A stretch of 64,000 bases of DNA from Spirochaetia bacterium (GTDB lineage Bacteria > Spirochaetota > Spirochaetia > SZUA-6 > Bin103), in contig CBDBDQ010000005.1 of assembly GCA_965203905.1 (NCBI GenBank), positions 1,696,001-1,760,000 of the forward strand. The letters are read 5' to 3'. How positions within the stretch are numbered: the first letter of the stretch is position 1; the number at the start of each line of letters is the position of its first letter. The notes beneath the pieces were generated by a model that searched no databases, had not been told where the DNA came from, and worked only from the letters and a program-made list of their open reading frames with translations. This document shows, one piece after another, positions 24,892 to 34,602 of this stretch. The translations under genes and the position numbers were made by a program.

Positions 24892-27722
24892 CGCTCCTTG
24901 CCGGCGCCGCCGGCGTCATCCCTGGTATACAGCAAGGCGTCCAACTCCGGCGACAGTGCCGCGCGCCGCGCGTGAGTCCCACACCAGGTGGCCAAGTCGT
25001 CGAGTATCCGTCCGACCGCTCCGTCGCCGCGTACGGCGTGCGCGGTCTCGGTCATGATCTCCGGCGCCGCGCCGCGCAGTCCCGCGCTGTCGATCATCGC
25101 TTCCAGGCGATCCAGTATCACCAGGGTCTCATCTTCCTCGAACAGCAGCCCCTGCCCGCGCCGATCCAACCGTCCATTGCGCGCGGCCCTGCTCAGCGCC
25201 GCCCGGAACTCCCGCGGCGACGGCCCGGTCTCCGTCTCCTCCGCGGGCTCGTCCAGGCCGGCATCCCCGGCATCTTCGGCGGCCTCGGGATCTTGCAGAC
25301 CTCCCAGGATCCGATCCAGCATCCCCGGCGCACCCAGATCTTCGATTATCTCCCGCAGATCCTCGAACGACGGAACCATCCGCTCCAGCGACTCGAAGTC
25401 GAACTGCTGCAAGGCCTGCCGCAGCGGCTGGTCCACCAGGGGGGCGAGGCGCTTCGCCGCCTCACGCAAGCGCCGGCGCCCGGGGGCATCGGCGTGCTCG
25501 ACGACCTCGAGCAAACGTGTCGCATCGTAGTCCTCGCGCTCTTCGTAGCGGATCACCGCGAGGTAGAACCGCAACAGGGGGTCGTGATCGGTCGCACGGC
25601 CACCGCGCAGACGGCGTTCCAGCTCGTCGCGAACGGTCTTGCGTCCCTCGCAGGCAAGCAGCGTGTCGAAGCAGGCGGTCAGGCGATCGCCGTCGAGGCG
25701 CGCCAGCAGCGCCTGCCACCACCGGGTCAGGACCGGAGCGACCCGCAGACTCCCGTACAGGATGCGGCAGTCGGCCGGCAGGTCGGCCACCAGCTCCAGC
25801 GCTTCATCCGGGTCGAGCCGGGCGATGGCACCGGCGGCCCGGGCCAGAACCTGGCGCAACGCGGAGGCGATGCCCGGATCGACGTTCTTGACGTTGCGAT
25901 TCTCCCCCAGGTCATGAATCGCCACCGCCAGCGTCCGGAGCCGCGCCGCCGGCGCCAGCGGCTCCAGGAGCGGGGCGGCTACCGCTTCGACACCCGCACC
26001 GGCCTCGGCATCGGCGCCGGCCCGGACCAGTTCCAGGAGCAGGCGCTTGACCCGCAGGATCGGCTCCAGCCGCGGCCGCCGCAGGTCGGCGGCGCGCGCC
26101 AGATCCCGCGCCGCGAGCGGGAATCTGCCGCGCTTGCGGCTCTGATCGGCGGACTTGAGAAAGCCGATCGCCTGCAGGTCGAGGATGCGGTCGTCGTAGG
26201 GGGCGCGCCGGAGCGCCTCGCCGAGCGCCGCCTCGGCACGCCGGTAGGCGTTGCGGGCGTAGTGCTGGGTCGCCAGCTCCAGCCACGGTTCGGGGGCGTC
26301 GGGGTAGCGTGCCGCCAGCTCCTGCAGGATGGCGCTCAGCCGGCCTTCGTCAGCCGTCGGGTTCCGGCGCAACAGGTCGAGCAGGAAGTGATAGCCGGTG
26401 GTGGATTGCGGATCGGCGGCCAGGCTGGCCAGCATCAGGTCAACCAGCACCAGGTCGGGGTCCTGGGGGGGCGTGCCGAGCAGAGAGGCGACGTGCCGGG
26501 TCTCGTCAGCGTCGAGGCCGTACCGGTGAATCCCCGCTTCGGCACCGCTCCGGGCGAGCGATTCGAGCACCCACCCGCGGGCCAGCGGCTGATCTTCCGG
26601 GCACGGGAACGGCACGGACAGGTTGTCGAGGTACATCACCGCGGCGCTCGGATCCCAGATTTCGCCGGGGTCGGCGTGCTGGAGCAGCAGGGTGGCCTGC
26701 GTCGTGATGCTGATGAAGTACTCCTCCGGCACCGTCTGCGCCGCGACGTCGAAGAAAACGGATACCGGCACCGAGCTCTCGAAACATGCCCGCGCCGCGA
26801 TCATCAGCAGGTCGATCCGCGCCGCGAGGGGATTCTCGGGGTAGACGACGTCCGCGAGGCTGACCAGGTGCCGCACGATCTGAGGCTCGGCGCCGCGGTG
26901 CAGCGCCTGGTGCAGCCTGGCGGCCATGGCCGCGACCAGCGCGTCATCGGTGCCGAGCGCCTGCTGGACCGCGGCCGGGCCCGTCACCTCGCCGCCGGCG
27001 GCGCAGCGCTTGAGCTCGGCCACCGTGCCGCTGAGCGCGAATCCCTCCGGCAGCAGGCGGGCGGCGCGCTCGAGGCCGCGGTCGTCGCCGGCGCAGAAGC
27101 TCGCCATCGCCTTGCAGAACGTCCGCCAGGGGGCATAGGGCGAACGCCGCGGAATGCCGTCCAGGAGACCTGCCGCGCATTCCCAGTCCCCGCGGTCCAT
27201 GGCTTCGACGCTGCGTTCCACCGGCGCCGCGTCGCGCCGCAACGGGTGGTCGGCCGGGAGAGATTGCAGCGGCTTCCAGCAACGGTCGATCACCACCCGG
27301 TCAGCCACTACCCGTGCGGCCGTGTCCAGCGGCGGCCGGGTGCCGAGATACTCGGCATAGACCGCCGCCGCCTCGCCCCCGTCCAGGCAGCGCAGATAGC
27401 GGACCAGGTCAGGCTCCGACAGGTCCTGAACCGCGATCGCCGCCTGCTGCTGACCGGCGCGGTCGCGCATGGCGGCCGCCTCCCCGGCCAGGCCCTTGCG
27501 GGCCAACTCGCGCGCGCGTTCGACGCAGGCGCAGAACAGCCACAGGGGCAGCTCACCGGAATCACTCCCCTGACGCGGCACGCGCCGGAGCAGCTCCAGC
27601 GCCTTGCGCGGGTTGCCCTCGTCCAGGTCTTGGCGGGCCTGCGCGAGCAGGCGCTCGGGCGGCAGACGCTGTTGCGGGGAACGCTTCTTCTTGCGGTGCT
27701 TCGCACGCCGCTTAGCGCGCAT
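24885..27722 (-). CDS. Large alpha-helical/TPR-like protein, first gene of the Hsp70 operon
   Basis: 945 aa; basic N-terminus; TPR-like segments (ELAARYPDAPEPWLELA..RRAEAALGEALRRAPYD); overlaps the J-like gene start. Confidence 0.7.
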   Translation of the reverse strand: MRAKRRAKHRKKKRSPQQRLPPERLLAQARQDLDEGNPRKALELLRRVPRQGSDSGELPLWLFCACVERARELARKGLAGEAAAMRDRAGQQQAAIAVQDLSEPDLVRYLRCLDGGEAAAVYAEYLGTRPPLDTAARVVADRVVIDRCWKPLQSLPADHPLRRDAAPVERSVEAMDRGDWECAAGLLDGIPRRSPYAPWRTFCKAMASFCAGDDRGLERAARLLPEGFALSGTVAELKRCAAGGEVTGPAAVQQALGTDDALVAAMAARLHQALHRGAEPQIVRHLVSLADVVYPENPLAARIDLLMIAARACFESSVPVSVFFDVAAQTVPEEYFISITTQATLLLQHADPGEIWDPSAAVMYLDNLSVPFPCPEDQPLARGWVLESLARSGAEAGIHRYGLDADETRHVASLLGTPPQDPDLVLVDLMLASLAADPQSTTGYHFLLDLLRRNPTADEGRLSAILQELAARYPDAPEPWLELATQHYARNAYRRAEAALGEALRRAPYDDRILDLQAIGFLKSADQSRKRGRFPLAARDLARAADLRRPRLEPILRVKRLLLELVRAGADAEAGAGVEAVAAPLLEPLAPAARLRTLAVAIHDLGENRNVKNVDPGIASALRQVLARAAGAIARLDPDEALELVADLPADCRILYGSLRVAPVLTRWWQALLARLDGDRLTACFDTLLACEGRKTVRDELERRLRGGRATDHDPLLRFYLAVIRYEEREDYDATRLLEVVEHADAPGRRRLREAAKRLAPLVDQPLRQALQQFDFESLERMVPSFEDLREIIEDLGAPGMLDRILGGLQDPEAAEDAGDAGLDEPAEETETGPSPREFRAALSRAARNGRLDRRGQGLLFEEDETLVILDRLEAMIDSAGLRGAAPEIMTETAHAVRGDGAVGRILDDLATWCGTHARRAALSPELDALLYTRDDAGGAGKERC

Positions 27723-27809
27723 GCCGAAAGTGTCGCACCATTGCCCCGGCTCTGTCTCCGGCGGGCTCCGCCCCGCAAACCGCCCGCAACCGCCCGCACC
27801 GGCTGCCGA

Positions 27810-28982
27810 TCAGTACCTGCCGATGGCGGAGAAGTCGAGTTCGATGATCGGTTGCTCGGCCCCTTCCGGGGAGCTGAAGACGATGAAACCGAGGTCGGCG
27901 AGTCGGATGAGCTCGCGGCGGAAGGTGCGCGGGGTGACGGAGCGATACGCGGATCTGACGTAGGGCGACGCCATCAGGTGCGCCAGCGAGATCTGTTTCG
28001 ACGGCTTTTCGGCAAAGGGATCGTCCGGCTCTGTCTCACTGAGCAGGAAAGTCAGCAGGCGGTACTCCCGGTCGTTGAGGATCCGGCGTCGCTTACCCGC
28101 TCTCCGGTTGTACGCCCGCAACATGGTGGAGCGGTACACCAGCCGGTTCAGCTTGGTCTTGATGAAGTTGTTGATGCCGCCGAGTTCCGCGGCAAAGCCC
28201 TTGAGGGCGAAGTTCACGAACGGCGAGACGTGGAACGGCTGCGACGTGCGGCACTCCTGGAGACGCATCTTGTACTCGTCGCCGTTACGGTAGAAGTAGT
28301 TGGACAAGCCGTAGAAGCCATGCACGTTGTAGCCATCCTGGTACAGCATCGCGGCCTCCACCAGCCGCGAGACGCGGCCGTTGCCGTCGCCGAACGGATG
28401 GATGGTGACCAGGAAGAAGTGACCGAGGAGCGCGCGGATCACCGGGTGCTCGCGTAGCATCCTGGCGGAACTGACGAACGCCACGAACCCCTCCATCAAC
28501 TGCGGGATGTCCTCGGGTGGAGCACCACGATGCACCCCGCCGAGCGCGGGTGTTCCGGCGACCACACGGTGACGACGAAATCTACCGGGTACGTTGTCCT
28601 TCTCGTCGGAATCGCGAGTCATCAACCGATGCATCTGCAGGATGTCCTCCAGTTGCAATGGCCGCTTGCCGCTTTCGAATCTGGACCGGACCCAGTCCTG
28701 CGCGTTGCCCGCGTTCCTGATCTGCACCTGCTCGCGCGTCCGGCTCCGTACGGTGTCGCCGCCATCCAATGACTCCGCCACCTGCTCCTCGGATAGCGGA
28801 TTGCCCTCAAGAGCGGTGGTTCCGTGTACCGCACGCACGCGATTGAGCCGGTCGAGCTGGTCGCGCCAGTCCCGCGGCAACATGAGGTTGTAGGCCGTCC
28901 CTCGGTACGCTTCGATCGTGATCAACAGCGTGGGGTCATCGATCTCTAACCGGTAATCGAACTCGAACCGCTCCCAATCCAT
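27810..28982 (-). CDS. Fic-domain protein
   Basis: HPFGDGNGRVSR Fic motif; AVHGTTALEGN. Confidence 0.9.
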   Translation of the reverse strand: MDWERFEFDYRLEIDDPTLLITIEAYRGTAYNLMLPRDWRDQLDRLNRVRAVHGTTALEGNPLSEEQVAESLDGGDTVRSRTREQVQIRNAGNAQDWVRSRFESGKRPLQLEDILQMHRLMTRDSDEKDNVPGRFRRHRVVAGTPALGGVHRGAPPEDIPQLMEGFVAFVSSARMLREHPVIRALLGHFFLVTIHPFGDGNGRVSRLVEAAMLYQDGYNVHGFYGLSNYFYRNGDEYKMRLQECRTSQPFHVSPFVNFALKGFAAELGGINNFIKTKLNRLVYRSTMLRAYNRRAGKRRRILNDREYRLLTFLLSETEPDDPFAEKPSKQISLAHLMASPYVRSAYRSVTPRTFRRELIRLADLGFIVFSSPEGAEQPIIELDFSAIGRY

Positions 28983-29001
28983 CGCCACTATGACCTATTA
29001 T

Positions 29002-29102
29002 TTGACCGCGTTTTCGACCAGTCAATTATCTGTATAATATATAATTAATAGTAGTACCGTCAATTACTTGACGACTTGCTTGACACCTTCCTTGACGTGT
29101 TC
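29002..29102. promoter_or_regulatory. AT-rich control region upstream of fic with repeated TTGAC/GTCAA boxes
   Basis: Palindrome CGTCAA-ttac-TTGACG (29058-29073); CTTGAC recurring at 12-bp spacing (29067, 29079, 29091); TTGAC..GTCAA at ~29002-29025. Confidence 0.45.
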
Positions 29103-29131
29103 GTGTCCGCATTCGAGGCGGTCCGGGGGCG

Positions 29132-30913
29132 TCAGCGGGACTGGTCGGCGGCCTGGGTGAACCGGGGGACCACCTCCAGCACCCGGTCCACGGCGGCCTC
29201 CCAGAAGGCGGGGCGGGTCAGATCCTCGCCCAGGTGCCGGTGCGCCAGCTCCTCGCAGGTCATGGAGCCGGTGTCCCGCAGCAGGCGGGCGTAGGCGGCG
29301 GCGAAGCCGGGGCCCTCGGCGCGGGCACGTGCCGAGAGGCCGTTGCTGAACAGGTACCCGAACACGTAGGGGAAGTTGTAGAAGGGCATGCCGGTGAGGT
29401 AGAAGTGCAGCTTCGAGGCCCAGAACAGCGGGTGATAGCCATCCGCGGCCAGCCCGTCGCAGTAGGCCTCGCGTTGCGCCTCCACCATCAGCTCGTTCAG
29501 CTCGTCGGCGGTCAGCGGCCCGCGCTCGCGGCGCTCGAAGAAGGCCACCTCGAACAGGAAGCGCGCGCGCAGGTTCATCATCATCGCCACCGCCTCGTCG
29601 CCGATGTTGCCGAGCAGCGCCAGCTCCTCCTCGCCGTCGGCGGCGTCCAGCGCGGCGTCCATGATCAGGGTCTCGCAGAAGGTGCTGGCGGTCTCGGCCA
29701 GGGCCATCGGGTAGCCGGTGGCGAAGTAGGGCCGCTCGCGCAGCAGCCAGGCGTGGTAGGCGTGGCCGAGCTCGTGGGCCAGCGTCGACACGCCGCCGAA
29801 GGTGCGGCCGAAGGTCATGAAGATGCGCGTCTGCCGGCTCAGCGGCAGGTCGGTGCAGAAGCCGCCGGCGGCCTTGCCGGGGCGATCCTCCACCTCGATC
29901 CAGCGTTCGCCGAAGGCATGCCGGGCGAACTCGCCGAGGTCACCGCCGAAGGCCGCGAAGCGCTCCACGATGTAGTCGGCGGCGGCGCCGTAGTCGAAGG
30001 GCCGCTCGTTGCGCGAGACCGGCGCCACCAGGTCGGCCCAGCGCATCCGGTCCACCTCCAGGAGCCGGGCCTTGGACTCGAGGTAGGGCAGCAGGCGGGC
30101 GCTGCGAGCCGCGATCGCCTCCCACATCGCATCCAGGGTCTCGCGCTGCAGGCGGTTGAGATGCAGCGGTTCCCACAGGATGGTGTCCCAGCCGCGGCCG
30201 GCGTAGAGGCTGAGGCGGAAGCCGGCCTGGCTGTTGAGCGTCATCGCGGCCAGGTCCTGCACCTCGCGCCAGGCCTCCTCCATGCCGGCGAACGCGACCG
30301 CGCGCACCGCCCGGTCGGGGTCTTCCAGCCGGTGCACCAGTTGCCCCATGGAGAGGCTGCGCCGCTCGCCGTCGTCACTCACCTCGGCGCGCAGCGAGCC
30401 GGCCAGCTTGTCGTACAGCCGGCTCCAGGCGTGGTAGCCGTTGGCGGCCAGGGTCTCGGCCAGGGACTCGCGCTCCGGGTCCATCTTGCGCCGCGCCAGG
30501 GTGCGCTGCCGTTCCAGGAAGAAGGCGATGGCGGCCGGCCCCGGCTGCTCGCCGACGCGGCGCCAGGCGGCGTCCGACAGGCGCAGCAGGCGCTTGTCGA
30601 TCTCCACCTCGACGGTCTTGAGGCGCGCCTCCATGGCGTCCAGGCGGCCGCCGAGCTGGGTGGCCACCGCATCCCCGGTATCTGCCGCCGCCAGGCACTC
30701 CACGAAGCTGTACGCCTCGCCCAGCTCCGCGGCGCGCTGCTGCCAGGCCGCGATCGCCTCGGCCCACTCCCCCGGATCCGCTCCGAGCGCCGCCACTTGC
30801 TCGGCCAGGGCATCTATGCCCTTGTCCAGCCGGCGCAGGAACTGCGCCAGCTCCGCAGAACCCGAGCCACCGGCGAAGATCGCCTCCATATCCCACGTTT
30901 CCTGCAATTGCAT
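29132..30913 (-). CDS. pepF: M3B oligoendopeptidase F
   Basis: TLAHELGHAYH, LAETAS, PFYNFPYVFGYL, KAAGGFC; AAGGAG SD. Confidence 0.88.
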   Translation of the reverse strand: MQLQETWDMEAIFAGGSGSAELAQFLRRLDKGIDALAEQVAALGADPGEWAEAIAAWQQRAAELGEAYSFVECLAAADTGDAVATQLGGRLDAMEARLKTVEVEIDKRLLRLSDAAWRRVGEQPGPAAIAFFLERQRTLARRKMDPERESLAETLAANGYHAWSRLYDKLAGSLRAEVSDDGERRSLSMGQLVHRLEDPDRAVRAVAFAGMEEAWREVQDLAAMTLNSQAGFRLSLYAGRGWDTILWEPLHLNRLQRETLDAMWEAIAARSARLLPYLESKARLLEVDRMRWADLVAPVSRNERPFDYGAAADYIVERFAAFGGDLGEFARHAFGERWIEVEDRPGKAAGGFCTDLPLSRQTRIFMTFGRTFGGVSTLAHELGHAYHAWLLRERPYFATGYPMALAETASTFCETLIMDAALDAADGEEELALLGNIGDEAVAMMMNLRARFLFEVAFFERRERGPLTADELNELMVEAQREAYCDGLAADGYHPLFWASKLHFYLTGMPFYNFPYVFGYLFSNGLSARARAEGPGFAAAYARLLRDTGSMTCEELAHRHLGEDLTRPAFWEAAVDRVLEVVPRFTQAADQSR

Positions 30914-30991
30914 CGCTCACTCCTTTGTATGTGAGGCTGTCGCAATCCGACAGCTTCATAGTGTATCGTAGCGCCGGCACCTCGGTTTTTC

Positions 30992-32359
30992 ATGGACTGG
31001 AAAGAATATCTTCAAGAGACACAGGGCAGCGTGGTCGACGAGCTGCTCGCCTTCATTCGCATACCCAGCGTCAGCGCCCTGCCGGCGCACGCGGCCGACG
31101 TGGCCGCCGCCGGCGCCTGGGTGCACGCGCGACTCGAAGCCGCCGGGCTGGAACACGTGCAGACCCTGGCGACCGGCGGCCACCCGGTGGTGTACGCCGA
31201 CTGGCTGCACGCGCCGGGCGCTCCCACCGTGCTGATCTACGGCCACTTCGACGTGCAGCCCGCGCTGGCGGAGGACGGCTGGAGCGGTCCTCCGTTCGAA
31301 CCGCGGCTGGCCGACGACCGCATCTACGCCCGCGGCGCCTCCGACGACAAGGGCAACATGTTCGCCCCCATCGTCGCGGTGGAGGCGCTGCTGCGAACCC
31401 GCGGCGTGCTGCCGGTCAACGTCAAGTTCCTGCTGGAGGGCCAGGAGGAGATCGGCAGCCCGCAGCTCGGCGCCTTCGTGAGCGCCAACCGGGAGTTGCT
31501 GGGGTGCGACCTGGCGCTGTCGGCGGACGGCTCGCAGTGGAGCGAGCGGGAGCCCACGCTGCTGCTGTCGCTGCGCGGCATCTGCGCCCTGCAGGTGGAC
31601 ATCGGCGGGCCGCGGAACGACATGCACTCCGGCATGTACGGCGGCACGATCCGGAACCCGTTGCATGCCCTGGCCGAGTTGATCGCCGGGCTGCACGACG
31701 GCGATGGCCGGGTGGCGGTGGCCGGGTTCTACGACGGCGTGGCGGACCCCACCCCGGAGCAGCGCGGGCAGTACGCCAGGGTACCGTTCGACGAGACCGC
31801 GTACCTGGCCGCCACCGGCGTCCCCGAGCTGTACGGCGAGCGCGGCTGGTCCACCTACGAGCGGGAGTGGATCCGGCCCACGCTGGAGGTGAACGGCATG
31901 TGGGGCGGCTTCCAGGGCGACGGCACCAAGACCGTGCTGCCGGCCACGGCCCACGCCAAGATCACCTGCCGGCTGGTCGCCGACCAGCAGCCGGCGCGCA
32001 TCCTGGAGCTGGTGAGCGCCCACCTGATGCGCCACGCACCGGCCGGCGTGCGGGTGCGTTGCCAGCCCAGCGAGGTGCACGGCGCGCCCTACCTGGTGCC
32101 CGCCGACCACCCCGGCAACCGGGCCGCGGCGGCGGTGCTGGAGCGGCTCTACGGGAGGGCGCCGTTGCACACCGGCTCCGGAGGCAGCATTCCGGTGTGC
32201 GGGCTGCTGCTGGAGGAGCTGGGCATCCACACCATCGGCTTCTCCTTCGCCCTCGACGACGAGGGAGCCCACGGACCGAACGAGTTCTTCCGGCTGGCCA
32301 GCTTTCGCCGCGCGCAGGAGGCGTACTGCCTGATCCTGCAAGAATTGGCGGCAGCATGA
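30992..32359 (+). CDS. M20 family dipeptidase/amidohydrolase
   Basis: YGHFDVQP, ARGASDDKG, EGQEEIGS, HGPNE. Confidence 0.9.
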   Translation: MDWKEYLQETQGSVVDELLAFIRIPSVSALPAHAADVAAAGAWVHARLEAAGLEHVQTLATGGHPVVYADWLHAPGAPTVLIYGHFDVQPALAEDGWSGPPFEPRLADDRIYARGASDDKGNMFAPIVAVEALLRTRGVLPVNVKFLLEGQEEIGSPQLGAFVSANRELLGCDLALSADGSQWSEREPTLLLSLRGICALQVDIGGPRNDMHSGMYGGTIRNPLHALAELIAGLHDGDGRVAVAGFYDGVADPTPEQRGQYARVPFDETAYLAATGVPELYGERGWSTYEREWIRPTLEVNGMWGGFQGDGTKTVLPATAHAKITCRLVADQQPARILELVSAHLMRHAPAGVRVRCQPSEVHGAPYLVPADHPGNRAAAAVLERLYGRAPLHTGSGGSIPVCGLLLEELGIHTIGFSFALDDEGAHGPNEFFRLASFRRAQEAYCLILQELAAA

Positions 32360-33114
32360 CGGCGCTGCAGAGCCGAGCCCGCGGCGCCGCGGGCAGCGTC
32401 GCGGGAGCGCTCCTCGCCGCCAGCCTGCTGGTGGCGGGATGCAGCGTGGACCAGGAGATAGCGGTGCGCCTGAACGGCGCCGGCGAGGCCCAGGTGCGGG
32501 TGGAGCTGCAGCCGGTGTTCATCGACTACCTGCTCGCACTGGCGGAGATTGCCGACGAGGTGGAGCTGCCGGACGACCCCTCCGAGGCTCTGTTCGACAT
32601 CGAAGAGGTGGAAGCGGCTATCGCCGACTGGCCCGGGGTGGAGGCGGCGCGGATCGCCACGCCGACGCCGGCGCAGCTGGAGCTGGACCTGACGTTCGAC
32701 GATCTGCAGGCGGCGTTCGCCCTCACCGAGGCCGGCGCCGGCACGACGCCCCTGATCAGCCTCACCGGGGGCAGGCGCCGCACCCTGAGCGTGCATCTGG
32801 ACAGCGACAACTACTCCCAGCTCACCGCGCTGTTCCCGGTGCTGGAGCATCCGCTGGTGATCAGTCTCGGGCCGCAGCCCGACCTGGAGGTCAATGACGA
32901 GGAATACCTGGAGATGATGCAGTTCGTGCTCGGTGACGACGGCCCACCGGCGATCCTCGATGCGGAGGTGAAGGTGCGGGTGCAGGTCGAGGGCCGCGTC
33001 GTGGAGCAGCAGGGCGGCGAGCTGCAGGAGGACGGCAGCGTGCTGATCACCATCCCGCTGCTGCGCATTCTGGTGCTCGATCAGCCCCTCGACTACCGCG
33101 TCGTGTTCGAATAG
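32356..33114 (+). CDS. Putative lipoprotein of unknown function
   Basis: ATGA overlap with the M20 gene; hydrophobic signal ending in lipobox LVAGC. Confidence 0.7.
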   Translation: MTALQSRARGAAGSVAGALLAASLLVAGCSVDQEIAVRLNGAGEAQVRVELQPVFIDYLLALAEIADEVELPDDPSEALFDIEEVEAAIADWPGVEAARIATPTPAQLELDLTFDDLQAAFALTEAGAGTTPLISLTGGRRRTLSVHLDSDNYSQLTALFPVLEHPLVISLGPQPDLEVNDEEYLEMMQFVLGDDGPPAILDAEVKVRVQVEGRVVEQQGGELQEDGSVLITIPLLRILVLDQPLDYRVVFE

Positions 33115-33141
33115 CGGAACGCGCCGCAAAGGAGCCGCCGC

Positions 33142-34416
33142 ATGCAAGTTCGCCAGAGTCCGGGAGATACCGGTTGGTTCGTGCACGACCGGTTCGGCCT
33201 GTTCATCCACTGGGGCCTGTACGCCCTGCCGGCGCGTCACGAGTGGGTGATGCAGAAGGAGGAGATCGAGCCGAAGACGTACGAACGCTACTTCGACTAC
33301 TTCGAGCCCGACCTCTACGACCCCGCGCAGTGGGCGGAGGCTGCCGCGGCGGCGGGCATGAAGTACTTCGTGGTGACCACCAAGCACCACGAGGGGTTCT
33401 GCCTGTGGGACACCGCCCTGACCGACTACAAGGCGCCCAACACCCCGGCCGGCCGTGACCTGCTGCGACCGATGGTGGAGGCGTTCCGCACCGAGGGCCT
33501 GCGGGTCGGCTTCTACCACTCGGTGATCGACTGGCATCATCCCCAGTTCGTCATCGACGACCTGCACGCCCTTCGCAATAGCCCGCAGCGCGCACAGCTC
33601 AACGCGCAGCGCGACCAGAGCAAGTACATCGAGTACCTGCACGGCCAGGTGCGCGAGCTGCTGACCGGGTTCGGCCGCCTCGACATCCTGTGGTGCGACT
33701 TCAGCTATCCCGATCGGGGCAAGGGGCGGGCCGACTGGGACAGCCCGCGCCTGTACCGGATGATCCGCGAGTTGCAGCCGCACGTGGTGCTCAACGACCG
33801 CCTGGACCTGGACGACGGCTGGGACATCCGCACCCCGGAGCAGTGGCAGCCGCAGTCGTGGATCACGGTCGATGGGCAGCCGGTGGTGTGGGAGGCGTGC
33901 CAGACCTTCTCCGGCGCCTGGGGCTACCACCGCGACGAGGCCTCGTGGAAGAGCGTAGGCCAGTTGATCCGCATGCTGGTGGACACGGTGAGCAAGGGTG
34001 GCAACCTGCTCCTCAACGTGGGTCCCACCGGGCGCGGCGAGTTCGACCGTCGTGCCCTGGAACGCCTGCGCGGCATGGGCGAGTGGATGCGGCGCCACAG
34101 CCGCTCCATTTACGGCTGCACCCAGGCACCGGCGGAGTTCGCGACTCCTACCGACTGCCGGCTGACCTGGCATCCCGAGAAAAAGCGGCTCTACGTGCAC
34201 CTGTTCGCGTGGCCGTTCCGCCACCTCCACCTGCCCGGCTATGCCGGCAAGGTCGCCTACGCGCAACTGCTGAACGACGCCTCGGAGCTGTCGATGCAGG
34301 CGGTGAGCGAGCACCAGCAGCGGGTGGAGGGCGTACCCGCCGACAGCGTGGTGCTGGAGCTCCCGGTACTGCAGCCGGACACCCCGGTGCCGGTGGTCGA
34401 GCTGTTCCTGCGCTAG
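33142..34416 (+). CDS. Alpha-L-fucosidase (GH29)
   Basis: RFGLFIHWG, TTKHHEGF, ILWCD nucleophile, GNLLLNVGP. Confidence 0.92.
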   Translation: MQVRQSPGDTGWFVHDRFGLFIHWGLYALPARHEWVMQKEEIEPKTYERYFDYFEPDLYDPAQWAEAAAAAGMKYFVVTTKHHEGFCLWDTALTDYKAPNTPAGRDLLRPMVEAFRTEGLRVGFYHSVIDWHHPQFVIDDLHALRNSPQRAQLNAQRDQSKYIEYLHGQVRELLTGFGRLDILWCDFSYPDRGKGRADWDSPRLYRMIRELQPHVVLNDRLDLDDGWDIRTPEQWQPQSWITVDGQPVVWEACQTFSGAWGYHRDEASWKSVGQLIRMLVDTVSKGGNLLLNVGPTGRGEFDRRALERLRGMGEWMRRHSRSIYGCTQAPAEFATPTDCRLTWHPEKKRLYVHLFAWPFRHLHLPGYAGKVAYAQLLNDASELSMQAVSEHQQRVEGVPADSVVLELPVLQPDTPVPVVELFLR

Positions 34417-34602
34417 GAGGCTGCCGGTTGGCGCGTCAGCGGCATAAGCGACGGACTCCGTACGGGATGGCGAGGCTGGGCCGAAGGCGGCGCTTTCGGG
34501 GCGCCGAGTGCGCGGCCCGATGATCGCTACGTCGGTCGCCCGGCCGCACGATGTCCCGCGGGCAGCGGGGAGCCTGCCCCGGGGGCACGCCCGGGGAGCG
34601 GC

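Noticed and set aside
24972-28457. 1161-aa plus-strand ORF and other long antisense ORFs (12484..15873, 43788..45803, 50255..53074, 61242..63191)
   Set aside because: They mirror well-supported genes on the opposite strand, lack motifs, and are expected in high-GC DNA with few stops.
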